This document shows positions 17,312 through 26,866 of a stretch of DNA of 64,000 bases, piece after piece. How positions within the stretch are numbered: the stretch's first letter is position 1; every line of letters starts with the position of its first letter. The notes under the pieces were generated by a model. It did no database searches and had not been told where the DNA came from. It saw only the letters and a program-made list of their open reading frames with translations. This stretch comes from a bacterium. GTDB lineage: Bacteria; Patescibacteriota; UBA1384; VFKW01. The stretch covers positions 48,353 to 112,352 of the forward strand of contig JAUSIS010000013.1 in NCBI GenBank assembly GCA_030647355.1, in the 5' to 3' direction. A program made the translations under genes and the position numbers.

Positions 17312-19120
17312 ATGACTAAAGAGGAACTAGCTTCCTCAATTCAAAATCAAAGCCAACTTCCCCTAAGCGTTGTTGAGCGTGGTTTTGTGGCGGTTACAAA
17401 AGTACTTGCTGGCTCACTAAGCACCGGTGAATCATGCACAATACCCAAATTTGGTGAATTCCACTTTAATAAAGACAAAAAGATTGAAGTTACTCTAGAT
17501 CCAAACGCCAGCTCCGAAGAAGAAACCAGTTACGACGAATTGAAAGCCGAGGGAACTAGCGACGATAACAAAGTCGGTCTCTCGGCAATCCCCTACATGG
17601 ATCTCTCGTCTCGAAATATTCCTAAAGAAGTACTCGCATTTATACCGGAACACATTGCTAAACGTTATAAAATAGTGCCTGTGGAAGAAAAAGACGGCAA
17701 CTTGGTCGTTAGTATGATTGACCCGGAAGACCAAGAAACCGTAGAGCTTATCAAGAAACGAACCGGACTCCCGCTAGTGGTAACATTGTGCACCCAGGAC
17801 GATCTCAATCATGTTATAGATCAATATTCTGGAATAAATTCAGACGTCAACGCCCTAGTCCAAACATCCGGCGAAACCCTTGAGACTACCCAAGAAGAAG
17901 AGCCAAAAGAGGAAGTCACCGAAACAAGCGACCACGCGCCGGCAGCCAAGGTAGTAGATTCTCTGTTCAAACGAGCAGTCCGCGAAAAAGCATCAGATAT
18001 TCATATTGAACCGATGGAGACGGAAGTAATAGTCCGCTTTAGGATAGACGGCGTTCTTAGAAAAATCGTCACCTTGCCAAAAATGCTTCATCCTGCCGTA
18101 ATATCGAGAATAAAAATCCTCTCGAACTTAAAAATTGATGAGCTAAGATTACCCCAGGATGGCCGTTTCCAAATTAAGCTTAATCAAAATAAAATTGATT
18201 TTCGTATATCAACCCTTCCCACAGTAAATGGCGAGAAAATAGTCGCCCGTATATTAGATAAAAACGCCGGTGTGCTAACTCTCCCAGATCTTGGACTAAG
18301 AGGAAGTCCTCTGGAAACTATGAAAGATAATCTATCAAAATCTCATGGAATGATTCTGGTAACCGGTCCAACCGGCTCCGGTAAATCCACCACCCTTTAC
18401 GCCGCCCTTGATAAGATAAAAGATATCGCCATAAATATTGTAACTCTTGAGGATCCGGTAGAATATCGCATGCCCGGCATCAATCAATGCCAAATTAATA
18501 GCGAGATTGGCTACACATTTGCCAGTGGTCTTCGAGCAATTCTAAGGCAGGACCCCAATGTTGTAATGGTTGGTGAAATTCGCGACTTCGATACTGCCAA
18601 CATTGCTATCCACGCCGCCCTGACAGGTCATGTTGTCCTGTCAACTCTCCATACAAATAACGCATCCGGCGCCATACCTCGCCTCATTGATATGGACATA
18701 GAACCGTTTCTGATTAGCTCCTCGGTCAACGCCGTTGTCGCCCAAAGACTTTGCCGAAAAATCTGTTCTAAATGCAAGCAAGAGTTTTCCCTTGACGAAG
18801 GTACACTAAAAACCATCCAGGAGGAGATCGAAAAAATCCCCCAAGCCGAGAGAAAATCAATCGCGAAAACTTTGAAATTCTATAAAGGCAAGGGCTGTTC
18901 GGCCTGCAATAATTCAGGCTATCATGGAAGAGTTGGCATCTATGAAGTACTGCCAATCACCGACAAAATAAAAGAGATTCTCTCCAAAGAGGTTTCTGCC
19001 AATATTATAGAACAGGCCGCAATTGAGCAAGGTATGATCAATATGAAACAGGATGGGATTCTCAAAGCCATTGACGGGCTCACCACGATCGAGGAAGTTT
19101 GGCGCGTAACTAAAGATTAA
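17312..19120 (+). CDS. pilB: type IV pilus assembly ATPase PilB/GspE with an N-terminal HU/IHF-like domain
   Basis: AGGAGG RBS 5 nt upstream of ATG 17312; the ORF is open from 17261. Residues 1-55 resemble the HU alpha-helical body (MTKEELASSIQ...GESCTIPKFGEFHF). A T2SSE_N domain follows. Walker A GPTGSGKST. A C-terminal tetracysteine CSKC...CSAC is present. Confidence 0.8.
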   Translation: MTKEELASSIQNQSQLPLSVVERGFVAVTKVLAGSLSTGESCTIPKFGEFHFNKDKKIEVTLDPNASSEEETSYDELKAEGTSDDNKVGLSAIPYMDLSSRNIPKEVLAFIPEHIAKRYKIVPVEEKDGNLVVSMIDPEDQETVELIKKRTGLPLVVTLCTQDDLNHVIDQYSGINSDVNALVQTSGETLETTQEEEPKEEVTETSDHAPAAKVVDSLFKRAVREKASDIHIEPMETEVIVRFRIDGVLRKIVTLPKMLHPAVISRIKILSNLKIDELRLPQDGRFQIKLNQNKIDFRISTLPTVNGEKIVARILDKNAGVLTLPDLGLRGSPLETMKDNLSKSHGMILVTGPTGSGKSTTLYAALDKIKDIAINIVTLEDPVEYRMPGINQCQINSEIGYTFASGLRAILRQDPNVVMVGEIRDFDTANIAIHAALTGHVVLSTLHTNNASGAIPRLIDMDIEPFLISSSVNAVVAQRLCRKICSKCKQEFSLDEGTLKTIQEEIEKIPQAERKSIAKTLKFYKGKGCSACNNSGYHGRVGIYEVLPITDKIKEILSKEVSANIIEQAAIEQGMINMKQDGILKAIDGLTTIEEVWRVTKD

Positions 19121-19128
19121 AGGAAAAT

Positions 19129-20325
19129 ATGCCAGCATTTCAATATACTGCACTAAATAAAGGAAAAAAAGAAACAGGTTCTATCGAGGCCGGCACCGAA
19201 GCCGAAGCCATTAAAATTCTTCGAGAAAAACACCTTCTTATCACCGATATTCACTCCCAAAAATCCGCTGGATTTTCCCTGCATCTCGCTCGATCCGTAC
19301 CAATGAAAGAAAAAATAATTTTTACCAGACAGTTATCTTTTATGATTAAAGCCGGTATGCCTGTCGTACAGGCACTAACTGCCTTAAAAGAACAAACCGA
19401 AAGCCCAATTCTCAAAACCGCTCTAGAGAAAATCATGCAAGAAGTAAAAGGCGGTGAACCTTTATCATCATCACTTGCCAAGTATCCTAAGATTTTTAAC
19501 CCAACCTATATTAGTGTGGTAGCAAGTGGTGAAAAAAGCGGAAAATTAGAAGAAGTCTTAAATAACCTTGCCGATCAACAAGAAAAAGATTTTGATCTTA
19601 TATCAAAAGTAAAAAGCGCCATGATCTATCCCCTAGTCATCCTTATTGCATTATTAGGAGTGATGTTCTTGATAGTCTTCTATATAATGCCTCAACTGGA
19701 ATCGGTCTTTAAAGATTTTGGCGGAGAGCTGCCTGCTTCAACCAAATTTCTCATGTCCCTAAGCAGTAATTTACGCAAATATTTCTATATTTACTTTTCA
19801 ATAATTATTCTCCTAATTGTTTTCTCTAAACAATTTACCAAGTACCCTCGAATTCGTCTCTGGGTAGATAAATTAAGAATTAGTCTGCCGATCTTAGGCA
19901 TGATGAACAAAAAAATATATATGGCGCGTTTCACTCATACCCTATCAATGCTCATCTCCGCGGGCCTCCCCGTGCTAGAAGCAATAAAAATATCAGGTGA
20001 AGTAGTAAATAATTCAGTCTACCAGAAATCATTCAATGATCTATTCAAAGGAGTCGAAGGAGGCGTTCCCTTCTCCGAATTGCTAAAAAAAGACAAAAAT
20101 TTCCCTCCCATGCTCGGTCATATGTGTAGCATTGGCGAGCAATCAGGCAATTTGGATTATGTGCTATCCCAAATTGCCAGCTTCTACGAAAAAGAGGTCG
20201 AAACAATCACCCGCAATCTTTCTACTCTTATTGAACCAATCCTAATGATACTTATGGGTATAGGAGTTGCCTTCGTCGTACTTTCTGTACTTGGACCGAT
20301 AAATAGTATCACAAATAATATTTAA
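19129..20325 (+). CDS. pilC: type IV pilus inner-membrane platform protein PilC/GspF
   Basis: Two T2SSF repeats and three TM helices. Tightly linked to pilB. Confidence 0.85.
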   Translation: MPAFQYTALNKGKKETGSIEAGTEAEAIKILREKHLLITDIHSQKSAGFSLHLARSVPMKEKIIFTRQLSFMIKAGMPVVQALTALKEQTESPILKTALEKIMQEVKGGEPLSSSLAKYPKIFNPTYISVVASGEKSGKLEEVLNNLADQQEKDFDLISKVKSAMIYPLVILIALLGVMFLIVFYIMPQLESVFKDFGGELPASTKFLMSLSSNLRKYFYIYFSIIILLIVFSKQFTKYPRIRLWVDKLRISLPILGMMNKKIYMARFTHTLSMLISAGLPVLEAIKISGEVVNNSVYQKSFNDLFKGVEGGVPFSELLKKDKNFPPMLGHMCSIGEQSGNLDYVLSQIASFYEKEVETITRNLSTLIEPILMILMGIGVAFVVLSVLGPINSITNNI

Positions 20326-20326
20326 T

Positions 20327-20713
20327 ATGATTAAAAAACACCAAAATGGATTCACAATTATGGAAGTGCTTATTGCCATCTTCGTCATTGGAACTGGTCT
20401 GCTTACTGTATACTCAATGTTCATTCTATCAAGCACAATTATTGGACGCTCACATAGGACAAATCAAGCATATTTGGTAGCCAATAGAGCAATCGAGCAG
20501 CTGCGCGCCCAACCATTCAGCTCTCTTGCTAATGGAGTTACGACCGAGACTGTTCCAGAACTGCCTAGTGCCTCGCTCACCAGAACGATCAGTTCCTATA
20601 ACTCCGACTCAAATCTGAAGCAAATAGACATCAGTGTTATCTGGCAGGACAAAGGGCAACCCAAGAATATTGACATAGTATCCCTCGCAACACCGCGGGG
20701 TATAAATAACTAA
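20327..20713 (+). CDS. prepilin-type (class III signal) minor pilin/pseudopilin
   Basis: N-terminus NGFTIMEVLIAIFVIG is a prepilin peptidase cleavage/methylation motif (G-F-T-x-x-E). Confidence 0.7.
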   Translation: MIKKHQNGFTIMEVLIAIFVIGTGLLTVYSMFILSSTIIGRSHRTNQAYLVANRAIEQLRAQPFSSLANGVTTETVPELPSASLTRTISSYNSDSNLKQIDISVIWQDKGQPKNIDIVSLATPRGINN

Positions 20714-20721
20714 GGACTTAA

Positions 20722-21285
20722 ATGTTAAAGAAAAAATCTGGTTTTACTCTAGTTGAAATATTAATAGTCATCGCCTTAACATCCATTCTCATGGGAGTCA
20801 TGTTTACAATTTACCAAAATAACAATCGTTCATATATTATAGTTACAGCGAAAAGTGATCTATATAGAGCAAACCTAAGAACTCTTGATAAAATCAGAGG
20901 AGATATCAAAAAATCAAGCCAACTCCTGGCCAACTACGACACCTACTCAACCAGTACAAACTCAATAATATTACAAATGCCACGGCTTGATGTAAGCCAA
21001 GCTCCCATTGTAAACACTTATAACTACGTTGTATATCGTCTCAACCCGAGCAACTCTCGCAATTTAGAACGAATTGAGATCATTGATTCTGTCACAACAA
21101 CCCAGACATTAAACCAAAAAGTATCCTCGATTAGTTTTACCCCAAAAGACAACCTCAGCAACAATATTACAGCTAATATAGAGAACACCTCGCAAATTGC
21201 CGTCGTCTTAGTGTTAAGCGACATCTCTAGAAACCTCGCCATCAACTCCCAGTTAAGTTCCAACGAAACCATGAGGAATAAATAA
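20722..21285 (+). CDS. prepilin-type minor pilin/pseudopilin
   Basis: N-terminus KKSGFTLVEILIVIAL is a prepilin motif. Confidence 0.7.
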   Translation: MLKKKSGFTLVEILIVIALTSILMGVMFTIYQNNNRSYIIVTAKSDLYRANLRTLDKIRGDIKKSSQLLANYDTYSTSTNSIILQMPRLDVSQAPIVNTYNYVVYRLNPSNSRNLERIEIIDSVTTTQTLNQKVSSISFTPKDNLSNNITANIENTSQIAVVLVLSDISRNLAINSQLSSNETMRNK

Positions 21286-23162
21286 TGACTGCCTTAAAAA
21301 TGATCAGACAGCAAAATCGCCAAAAAGGACAAGCCCTGCTGATGGCTATCACCATTCTCGGCATTATGTTAGTCGTCGCTACTGCCGTTCTTTCCTATAG
21401 CGAACAGAGTATCCGCGAAACCCGCCATAGTTACAGAACCACAATGGCTCTCTCTCTTGCCGAAGCCGGGATAGACTATGGTATAAGACAACTAAACCTG
21501 GACTCTGATTTTACCGGAACATCTACACCAATCCAGCTAGGCGCAGGCGAATTCGAGGTCAGCATCTCTGGTAGCGGAATTACCCGCGAGCTCACCTCGT
21601 CTGCTTACATACCGCAAAAAACGAGTTACCAAGTAAGAAAACGACTTCGCGCTGATATAAATGTCAATAATATTAATATCCACTTTCCATATGGAGTACA
21701 AGCCGGAGAAGGCGGAGTATATATGGCTCCCAATAGTAAAATAATCGGCGATATTTATTCAAACGGTTCGGTCGAGGGTACTACGGGCAACAGCATCACC
21801 GGAACAGCCATCGTTGCCAACGATAGCAATTTACTCACCCCCATAGAGTGGACAACCTATAATAATGACTTCACTTTTGGTCAAACTTCACCAGTAATTG
21901 ACATTGCTCAAAGCTTTACCTCGATAAGCACTGAAACAATAAACAAAATCTCGCTATATCTTAAGAAAGTGGGTAACCCATCAGATATAGCAATCCGTGT
22001 TTTCCCCGATCTTGGCAATCGCCCACTAAGATCTACTTTGGTAGCCAGCGGTACTTTGTCATCTGCTGGGATTACAACAACCTACAGCTGGGCAGAGACA
22101 TCTATTAATAATAATCTCCCCATGGTAGCTGGCTTAAAATACTGGATAGTTATTGATAGCGCATCGGATTCAAATAACTATTGGCAGATCGGCACGGATA
22201 GTAGCGATGGATATATTGGCAACTCTGGCATGACCAGCCCAAACTGGGACAAAAACCCAACGCCAACATGGAATGATCTAAATCAAGATTTTAATTTCCG
22301 AGTTTTTCTTGGCAACTCCGGAACCTACATTAAAAATGTTGATGTCACAGATGATGCTTATGCTCACCTTTTTAGCGATGGTGATGTTGGTAGAGACTTC
22401 TTCGGCTACCAATTCACCGGCGGATCATCGAATCACGATGTCGGCCGCGATGCCCACGCCAAAGAGCTCTCATTGTGTCATGTCAAAGGTGACGCTTATG
22501 CTGATAATAACCTATGCTGGGTAGACGGCAACCTCTATCCCGGCTCCGGAGAACCGGATCGTTCTCCCGCTAACTTCCCGATTACCGCTGCCAACATCGA
22601 AGATTTCAAAACAAATGCATCAGTAGCTACATATAGCGGCAATTATACCCCGCCGACTTCTCCGGCAAACCTCGGACCGATTCGTATCAATGGAGATCTT
22701 AATCTTATTAACAGCCAATACATTAATATCACAGGTACCGTTTACGTCACAGGAAAAATAAATTTTGCCAATAATAATGTGATCGCCCTAGATCCGGGTT
22801 ATGGCACATCGTCGGGAATTATTATCACTGACCAGCCAGCCACCATTGCCAACAATGTCACATTCCAGGGAAGCGGCCAGCCAAATACCTATGTCCTTGT
22901 AATCTCAACCAGTAATTCGACCGATCCGGCTAATCCAGCTTTGGATATAAGACAGAACGTCAATGCAGCCATTCTTTTTGCCCCAACTGGACTTGTATAT
23001 CTGGCAAATAATGTTGAGATTAAAGAGACAACCGGATATAAATTATATCTTAACAACAATGCCAGGGTAACCTACGAATTGGGTCTGGAAAATGTCCTAT
23101 TTTCCACCGGTCCAGCCGGCGGCTGGCGGATGAAACCCGGCACTTGGCGAGAAATAACATGA
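21285..23162 (+). CDS. large PilX-N-like pilus-associated protein (possible tip/adhesin)
   Basis: N-terminal QKGQALLMAITILGIMLVVATAVL resembles the PilX_N pseudopilin-like anchor. 625 aa, Thr/Asn/Gly-rich beta-type extracellular body. Confidence 0.5.
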   Translation: MTALKMIRQQNRQKGQALLMAITILGIMLVVATAVLSYSEQSIRETRHSYRTTMALSLAEAGIDYGIRQLNLDSDFTGTSTPIQLGAGEFEVSISGSGITRELTSSAYIPQKTSYQVRKRLRADINVNNINIHFPYGVQAGEGGVYMAPNSKIIGDIYSNGSVEGTTGNSITGTAIVANDSNLLTPIEWTTYNNDFTFGQTSPVIDIAQSFTSISTETINKISLYLKKVGNPSDIAIRVFPDLGNRPLRSTLVASGTLSSAGITTTYSWAETSINNNLPMVAGLKYWIVIDSASDSNNYWQIGTDSSDGYIGNSGMTSPNWDKNPTPTWNDLNQDFNFRVFLGNSGTYIKNVDVTDDAYAHLFSDGDVGRDFFGYQFTGGSSNHDVGRDAHAKELSLCHVKGDAYADNNLCWVDGNLYPGSGEPDRSPANFPITAANIEDFKTNASVATYSGNYTPPTSPANLGPIRINGDLNLINSQYINITGTVYVTGKINFANNNVIALDPGYGTSSGIIITDQPATIANNVTFQGSGQPNTYVLVISTSNSTDPANPALDIRQNVNAAILFAPTGLVYLANNVEIKETTGYKLYLNNNARVTYELGLENVLFSTGPAGGWRMKPGTWREIT

Positions 23163-23228
23163 CCGATCAATTACTTGATACTCAAGGCATGATACTATAT
23201 ACTAAGTACAGATACAGGAGGAGGGGCT

Positions 23229-24419
23229 TTGTTTTCTAATTTATTCAATAATCCTGCTTTAACTTTCGGCCTTGATATAGGTTACGATTCCTTGAAAGTC
23301 GTCCAGCTCAAAAAAACTGCTGGCGGTATTTGTTTGAAAGGTTTCAATTCTATTCCCCTTCCCTTCAACTCATTTACAAAAGACGGTATCACCAATCCCG
23401 AGCAAATAACCAGAGCCCTGAAGCAAGCTATGGATGAAGCCGAACCTCAAAGTATAAAATCAAAATATGCTATTACCTCACTACAGGAATCCATCGTTTT
23501 TTCTAAGATTGTCAATTTTCCGAAAGTCAAACAAAGCGATCTCGAAAATAGCATCAGGTATGAAATTGGTGAGATATTCCCTGTCCCAGTCGAAGAACTT
23601 TACTATGATTGGCAATTAATCAATGAACATGCCCAGGGTAATATGAAAGCTCCAGACATTACTAAGCAACCGGATGTAGAAAAACAAGAAGAGAAAGAAA
23701 AAGACAAAAAGTCAGAGAATAACAAAGACCAAAAAGAACCTAATCCAACTAATGAAGAGGAAATGGAACCGCAATTAGAAATTTTGGTCGCCGGAACACC
23801 CAAAAATATAGTTGATCAGTATCAAAAGATTTTAAATGAATGCGGCATCACAATATCAGCTCTAGAGACCAAATCAATCTCGTCAGCCAGAGCTACCTTA
23901 GATCCTTTTGAAAAGAAAGGCATATTGATTGTTGATATAGGAGCCGAAAGCACTAATCTCTCTATTTTTGATGAAGGCATCATTCGTTTCACTGGTACGG
24001 TAAAATGTGGCGGCAATGTCACCACGCGAGCTCTTTCGGGACTTGCCACTCTACCCGAAGATAGTAAAGAAAAACATACACTTATCCAAAATATAGATAC
24101 TAACCTAAATAACGAATTTGCCAAGAAAAAAGACCTGATAATCAAAAGTCTTCTGCCAATAACCCAAGAAATTAACCAAGCGATTAAATTTTACCAGAAC
24201 CGAGTCGGTAAAGTGGATAAATTAAACAGAATTACTATAACCGGCGGAGGTGCCAATATTCCCCATATTGCCGATATCATCGAAGAGCATACTGGTTTTA
24301 CCTGTGGAATAGCCAATCCTTTCACCAATATCAAACAGCCAAAAGATCAGTCATTAACTGCCTTCAGTCCATATACTGTAGCAATCGGTTGCGCTTTACG
24401 AAGCTTTATGGAGAACTAA
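23229..24419 (+). CDS. pilM: type IV pilus assembly protein PilM (actin-like ATPase fold)
   Basis: FGLDIGYDSLKVV N-terminus and C-terminal ITGGGANIP are actin-fold motifs. An acidic K/E-rich low-complexity insertion of about 45 aa lies in the middle. Confidence 0.8.
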   Translation: MFSNLFNNPALTFGLDIGYDSLKVVQLKKTAGGICLKGFNSIPLPFNSFTKDGITNPEQITRALKQAMDEAEPQSIKSKYAITSLQESIVFSKIVNFPKVKQSDLENSIRYEIGEIFPVPVEELYYDWQLINEHAQGNMKAPDITKQPDVEKQEEKEKDKKSENNKDQKEPNPTNEEEMEPQLEILVAGTPKNIVDQYQKILNECGITISALETKSISSARATLDPFEKKGILIVDIGAESTNLSIFDEGIIRFTGTVKCGGNVTTRALSGLATLPEDSKEKHTLIQNIDTNLNNEFAKKKDLIIKSLLPITQEINQAIKFYQNRVGKVDKLNRITITGGGANIPHIADIIEEHTGFTCGIANPFTNIKQPKDQSLTAFSPYTVAIGCALRSFMEN

Positions 24420-24976
24420 TGCTAATTACTATCAATCTTCTGCCGCCAGAGCAAAGAAATAAAAAGACAGAGATTAAAAAAGGTGAAAAAATCTTTACCC
24501 TCAGTTTTACTATACTGGCGTGCACCGTAGCACTCTCAATTCTCTTATTTACATACAATACAACGATTAAACAGCAGCTTAACACGATTAACAGCCAAAT
24601 TTCCAGTGAAAATAGCAGACTCAATGATTACAAAGGCCTCCGTACTTCGCTAAATAACATGTCAAATACACTCATTTATATTGATACCATTGAGAAAAAG
24701 AGCATCAATTTAGAGAGTTTCCTGACACAATTCAGCAGTATAATACCTGAAAAAGCCCAAGTTACTTCGTTAGAGATCAGCGCCCTCCCCTCCCCTACCA
24801 TAGATATTTCCGGGAAAGCCGAATCTCGTACTGAAGTAATAAAATTATTTGAAAAAATGAAAACATCGCCTTTCTTCTCCGAACCGGAAATTAAAAGCCT
24901 GGACAAATCTGTAGATAAGGACGTAGCTAGTTTCCAATTTTCTATTTCTGCGAAAATTCTTCTGGAGAAATTATGA
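24419..24976 (+). CDS. pilN: type IV pilus assembly protein PilN
   Basis: MLITINLLPPEQRNKK (INLLP motif) followed by one TM helix. ggag RBS 8 nt upstream. ATG 24389 is the upstream in-frame alternative. Confidence 0.7.
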   Translation: MLITINLLPPEQRNKKTEIKKGEKIFTLSFTILACTVALSILLFTYNTTIKQQLNTINSQISSENSRLNDYKGLRTSLNNMSNTLIYIDTIEKKSINLESFLTQFSSIIPEKAQVTSLEISALPSPTIDISGKAESRTEVIKLFEKMKTSPFFSEPEIKSLDKSVDKDVASFQFSISAKILLEKL

Positions 24977-25674
24977 CTAGTTCAAAAAAATCAACAATTA
25001 TAATATTAACCCTAACCAGTCTAATAATACTGGCTGCCATTTACTTTTTCATTTTACCTACCTGGCAGAATTACACCAAAACCACAAAAGAAATTGCCCA
25101 AAAAGACACCGAGCTTACTCAAATTAAAAGGGAAGTTGTAACTTACTCGAAGCTAGCCAAGCAGAAAGATCAAATAGCGCTTTATTCACAAAAAACCAGT
25201 AATCTGGTACCTGCAGAACCAGAACTGGAAACCTTTATGGTCGAACTAGAAGCGCTAATCGCGCAAAGTAAAATACCTCAAGCAGAGTTCCATTTAGCTA
25301 GTCTAACCGCCGGAACCACAACCACTAACAATCCATCAGTCCTGCAGGATACCAAAAATTACCAGATCATTATAACAGGGACTAGCTCACTAGCCAACAT
25401 TATCAATTTTACTAACCAACTCAAAACCTTATCCCGCTTAACCGAAACGACCGCCCTTGATATAAATACTACAGACAAAAATGATTCTATTGGTTTTTCT
25501 TTAACTGGCAATATCTTTTCCGAGGAAAAAAAGCCATCCGGTAAACTTCTAAATCCTTCCAAGATTCTTAGCGAGGCGATCGCCAAGATAACTGACTATC
25601 AAACATATGGCCAAAATATCGAAGTACAAAAAGAAGAAGGATTCGGCAGACCCAATCCCTTCACCTCATACTAG
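24973..25674 (+). CDS. pilO: PilO-like pilus assembly protein
   Basis: Single N-terminal TM helix, then a coiled coil, then a periplasmic domain. Positional equivalent of pilO after pilMN. Overlaps pilN by 4 nt. Confidence 0.55.
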   Translation: MTSSKKSTIIILTLTSLIILAAIYFFILPTWQNYTKTTKEIAQKDTELTQIKREVVTYSKLAKQKDQIALYSQKTSNLVPAEPELETFMVELEALIAQSKIPQAEFHLASLTAGTTTTNNPSVLQDTKNYQIIITGTSSLANIINFTNQLKTLSRLTETTALDINTTDKNDSIGFSLTGNIFSEEKKPSGKLLNPSKILSEAIAKITDYQTYGQNIEVQKEEGFGRPNPFTSY

Positions 25675-25957
25675 CTATTTAACTATATCAAGCAAACGAA
25701 AAAACCACCCGGAACCTGTTCAGATACTATTCTAGGAGCGAATCGGGACAGTTTAAGCCGAAAACTGTTATAGCAATACTGTCTTGCCTGTTCCACCACA
25801 GGCGTGGGTCATTGCGAGGAGCGTAAGCGACGTGGCAATCTATTTTTCCCATAAAAGATTGCTTCGCGCCATCAACTCGCAATGACTAAAAATAGAAGCC
25901 ATCGAAAACTCCTAAAATCGTCATTCCGGGCTTGATCCGGAATTTATTATATCTATA

Positions 25958-25990
25958 AAGAAAAAACCGCCTACATGGCGGTTTTTTCTA
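25958..25990 (-). terminator. rho-independent terminator (overlaps the stop of the receiver gene)
   Basis: aaaaaaccgcc-tacat-ggcggtttttt. A-run/T-run symmetric, so potentially bidirectional. Confidence 0.5.
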
Positions 25991-26360
25991 AAGCAGCTTT
26001 TATCTTTTCTATTACCTCGCCCGGCATCGTCTCCGATTTCACTATATAATCATCGGCTCCGCTGGAAAGACCCTTCGCCTTATCAATATCTTGAATTAAT
26101 GCCGTGAGCAGCAAGACCGGTATATCCTTTGTTTCCTCATCGCCCTTTAGCATTTTTAACACATCTAACCCGTTTATTTTTGGCATCATAATGTCGAGCA
26201 AAATAACATTTGGATGTTCAGTCTTCGCCTTCTCTATCGCTTCCTCTCCATCTTTCGCCGAATCAACAGTAAATCCCTCCATTTTCAATCTTTCAACATA
26301 CATCTCTCGAAGTGTTAAGTCATCATCTACAATTAAAATTGATTTACCTGAATCCGCCAT
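25971..26360 (-). CDS. single-domain response regulator (CheY-like receiver)
   Basis: ILIVDDD...LLDIMMPKINGLDVLKMLK...LLLTAL are the receiver Asp pocket, phospho-Asp, Thr and Lys motifs. Confidence 0.8.
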   Translation of the reverse strand: MADSGKSILIVDDDLTLREMYVERLKMEGFTVDSAKDGEEAIEKAKTEHPNVILLDIMMPKINGLDVLKMLKGDEETKDIPVLLLTALIQDIDKAKGLSSGADDYIVKSETMPGEVIEKIKAALEKTAM

Positions 26361-26448
26361 GGTTCCTCCATATATTTTTTCGTTACAAACTGATATATAT
26401 ACCCATAAATCAGCCCGAACTTCTTATTACAGTCTCAATGTATCACTT

Positions 26449-26853
26449 TTAAAAATTATGTGCAACACTGGCCGCATCAAGAGCCACTTTCACCTTCTGC
26501 ACAACCTCTTTAGGCATTGTTTCTGATTTTATAATAAAATCATCCGCTCCCGCTTCCAAACCTACTGTACGATCCCTGCCCTGACTCAAAGCCGTCAAGA
26601 TAAAAATGGGAATAGTTCTCGTCTCTTTCTGGTGTCGCAAATATTTCAGCACTTCAATCCCATTCATCTCAGGCATCATAATGTCAAGCAGAATTAGATC
26701 GGGCTTGAATCGCGGAATATCCTCTAGCGCAACTTTCCCGTTTTCCGCCCGCATTACATCAAAATCCTCTGCCTTCAGGCGGATGGCATACATTTCAGCC
26801 AGCGTCTCGTCGTCCTCTACCAACATGACTCTTTTGTGTGCTTGCGGCCTCAT
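26449..26853 (-). CDS. single-domain response regulator (CheY-like receiver)
   Basis: VMLVEDDETL...LLDIMMPEMNGIEVL...ILTAL. Paralogue of the preceding gene. Confidence 0.8.
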   Translation of the reverse strand: MRPQAHKRVMLVEDDETLAEMYAIRLKAEDFDVMRAENGKVALEDIPRFKPDLILLDIMMPEMNGIEVLKYLRHQKETRTIPIFILTALSQGRDRTVGLEAGADDFIIKSETMPKEVVQKVKVALDAASVAHNF

Positions 26854-26866
26854 AATTTCTCCTTTT

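Noticed and set aside
23110-23140. ccggcggctggcgg near the 3' end of the PilX-like gene as another palindrome-family copy
   Set aside because: It matches only part of the core (GCC-GGC-GGCTGGCGG), lacks the flanking tttgagattt / attga context, and is not itself palindromic. It is probably chance.
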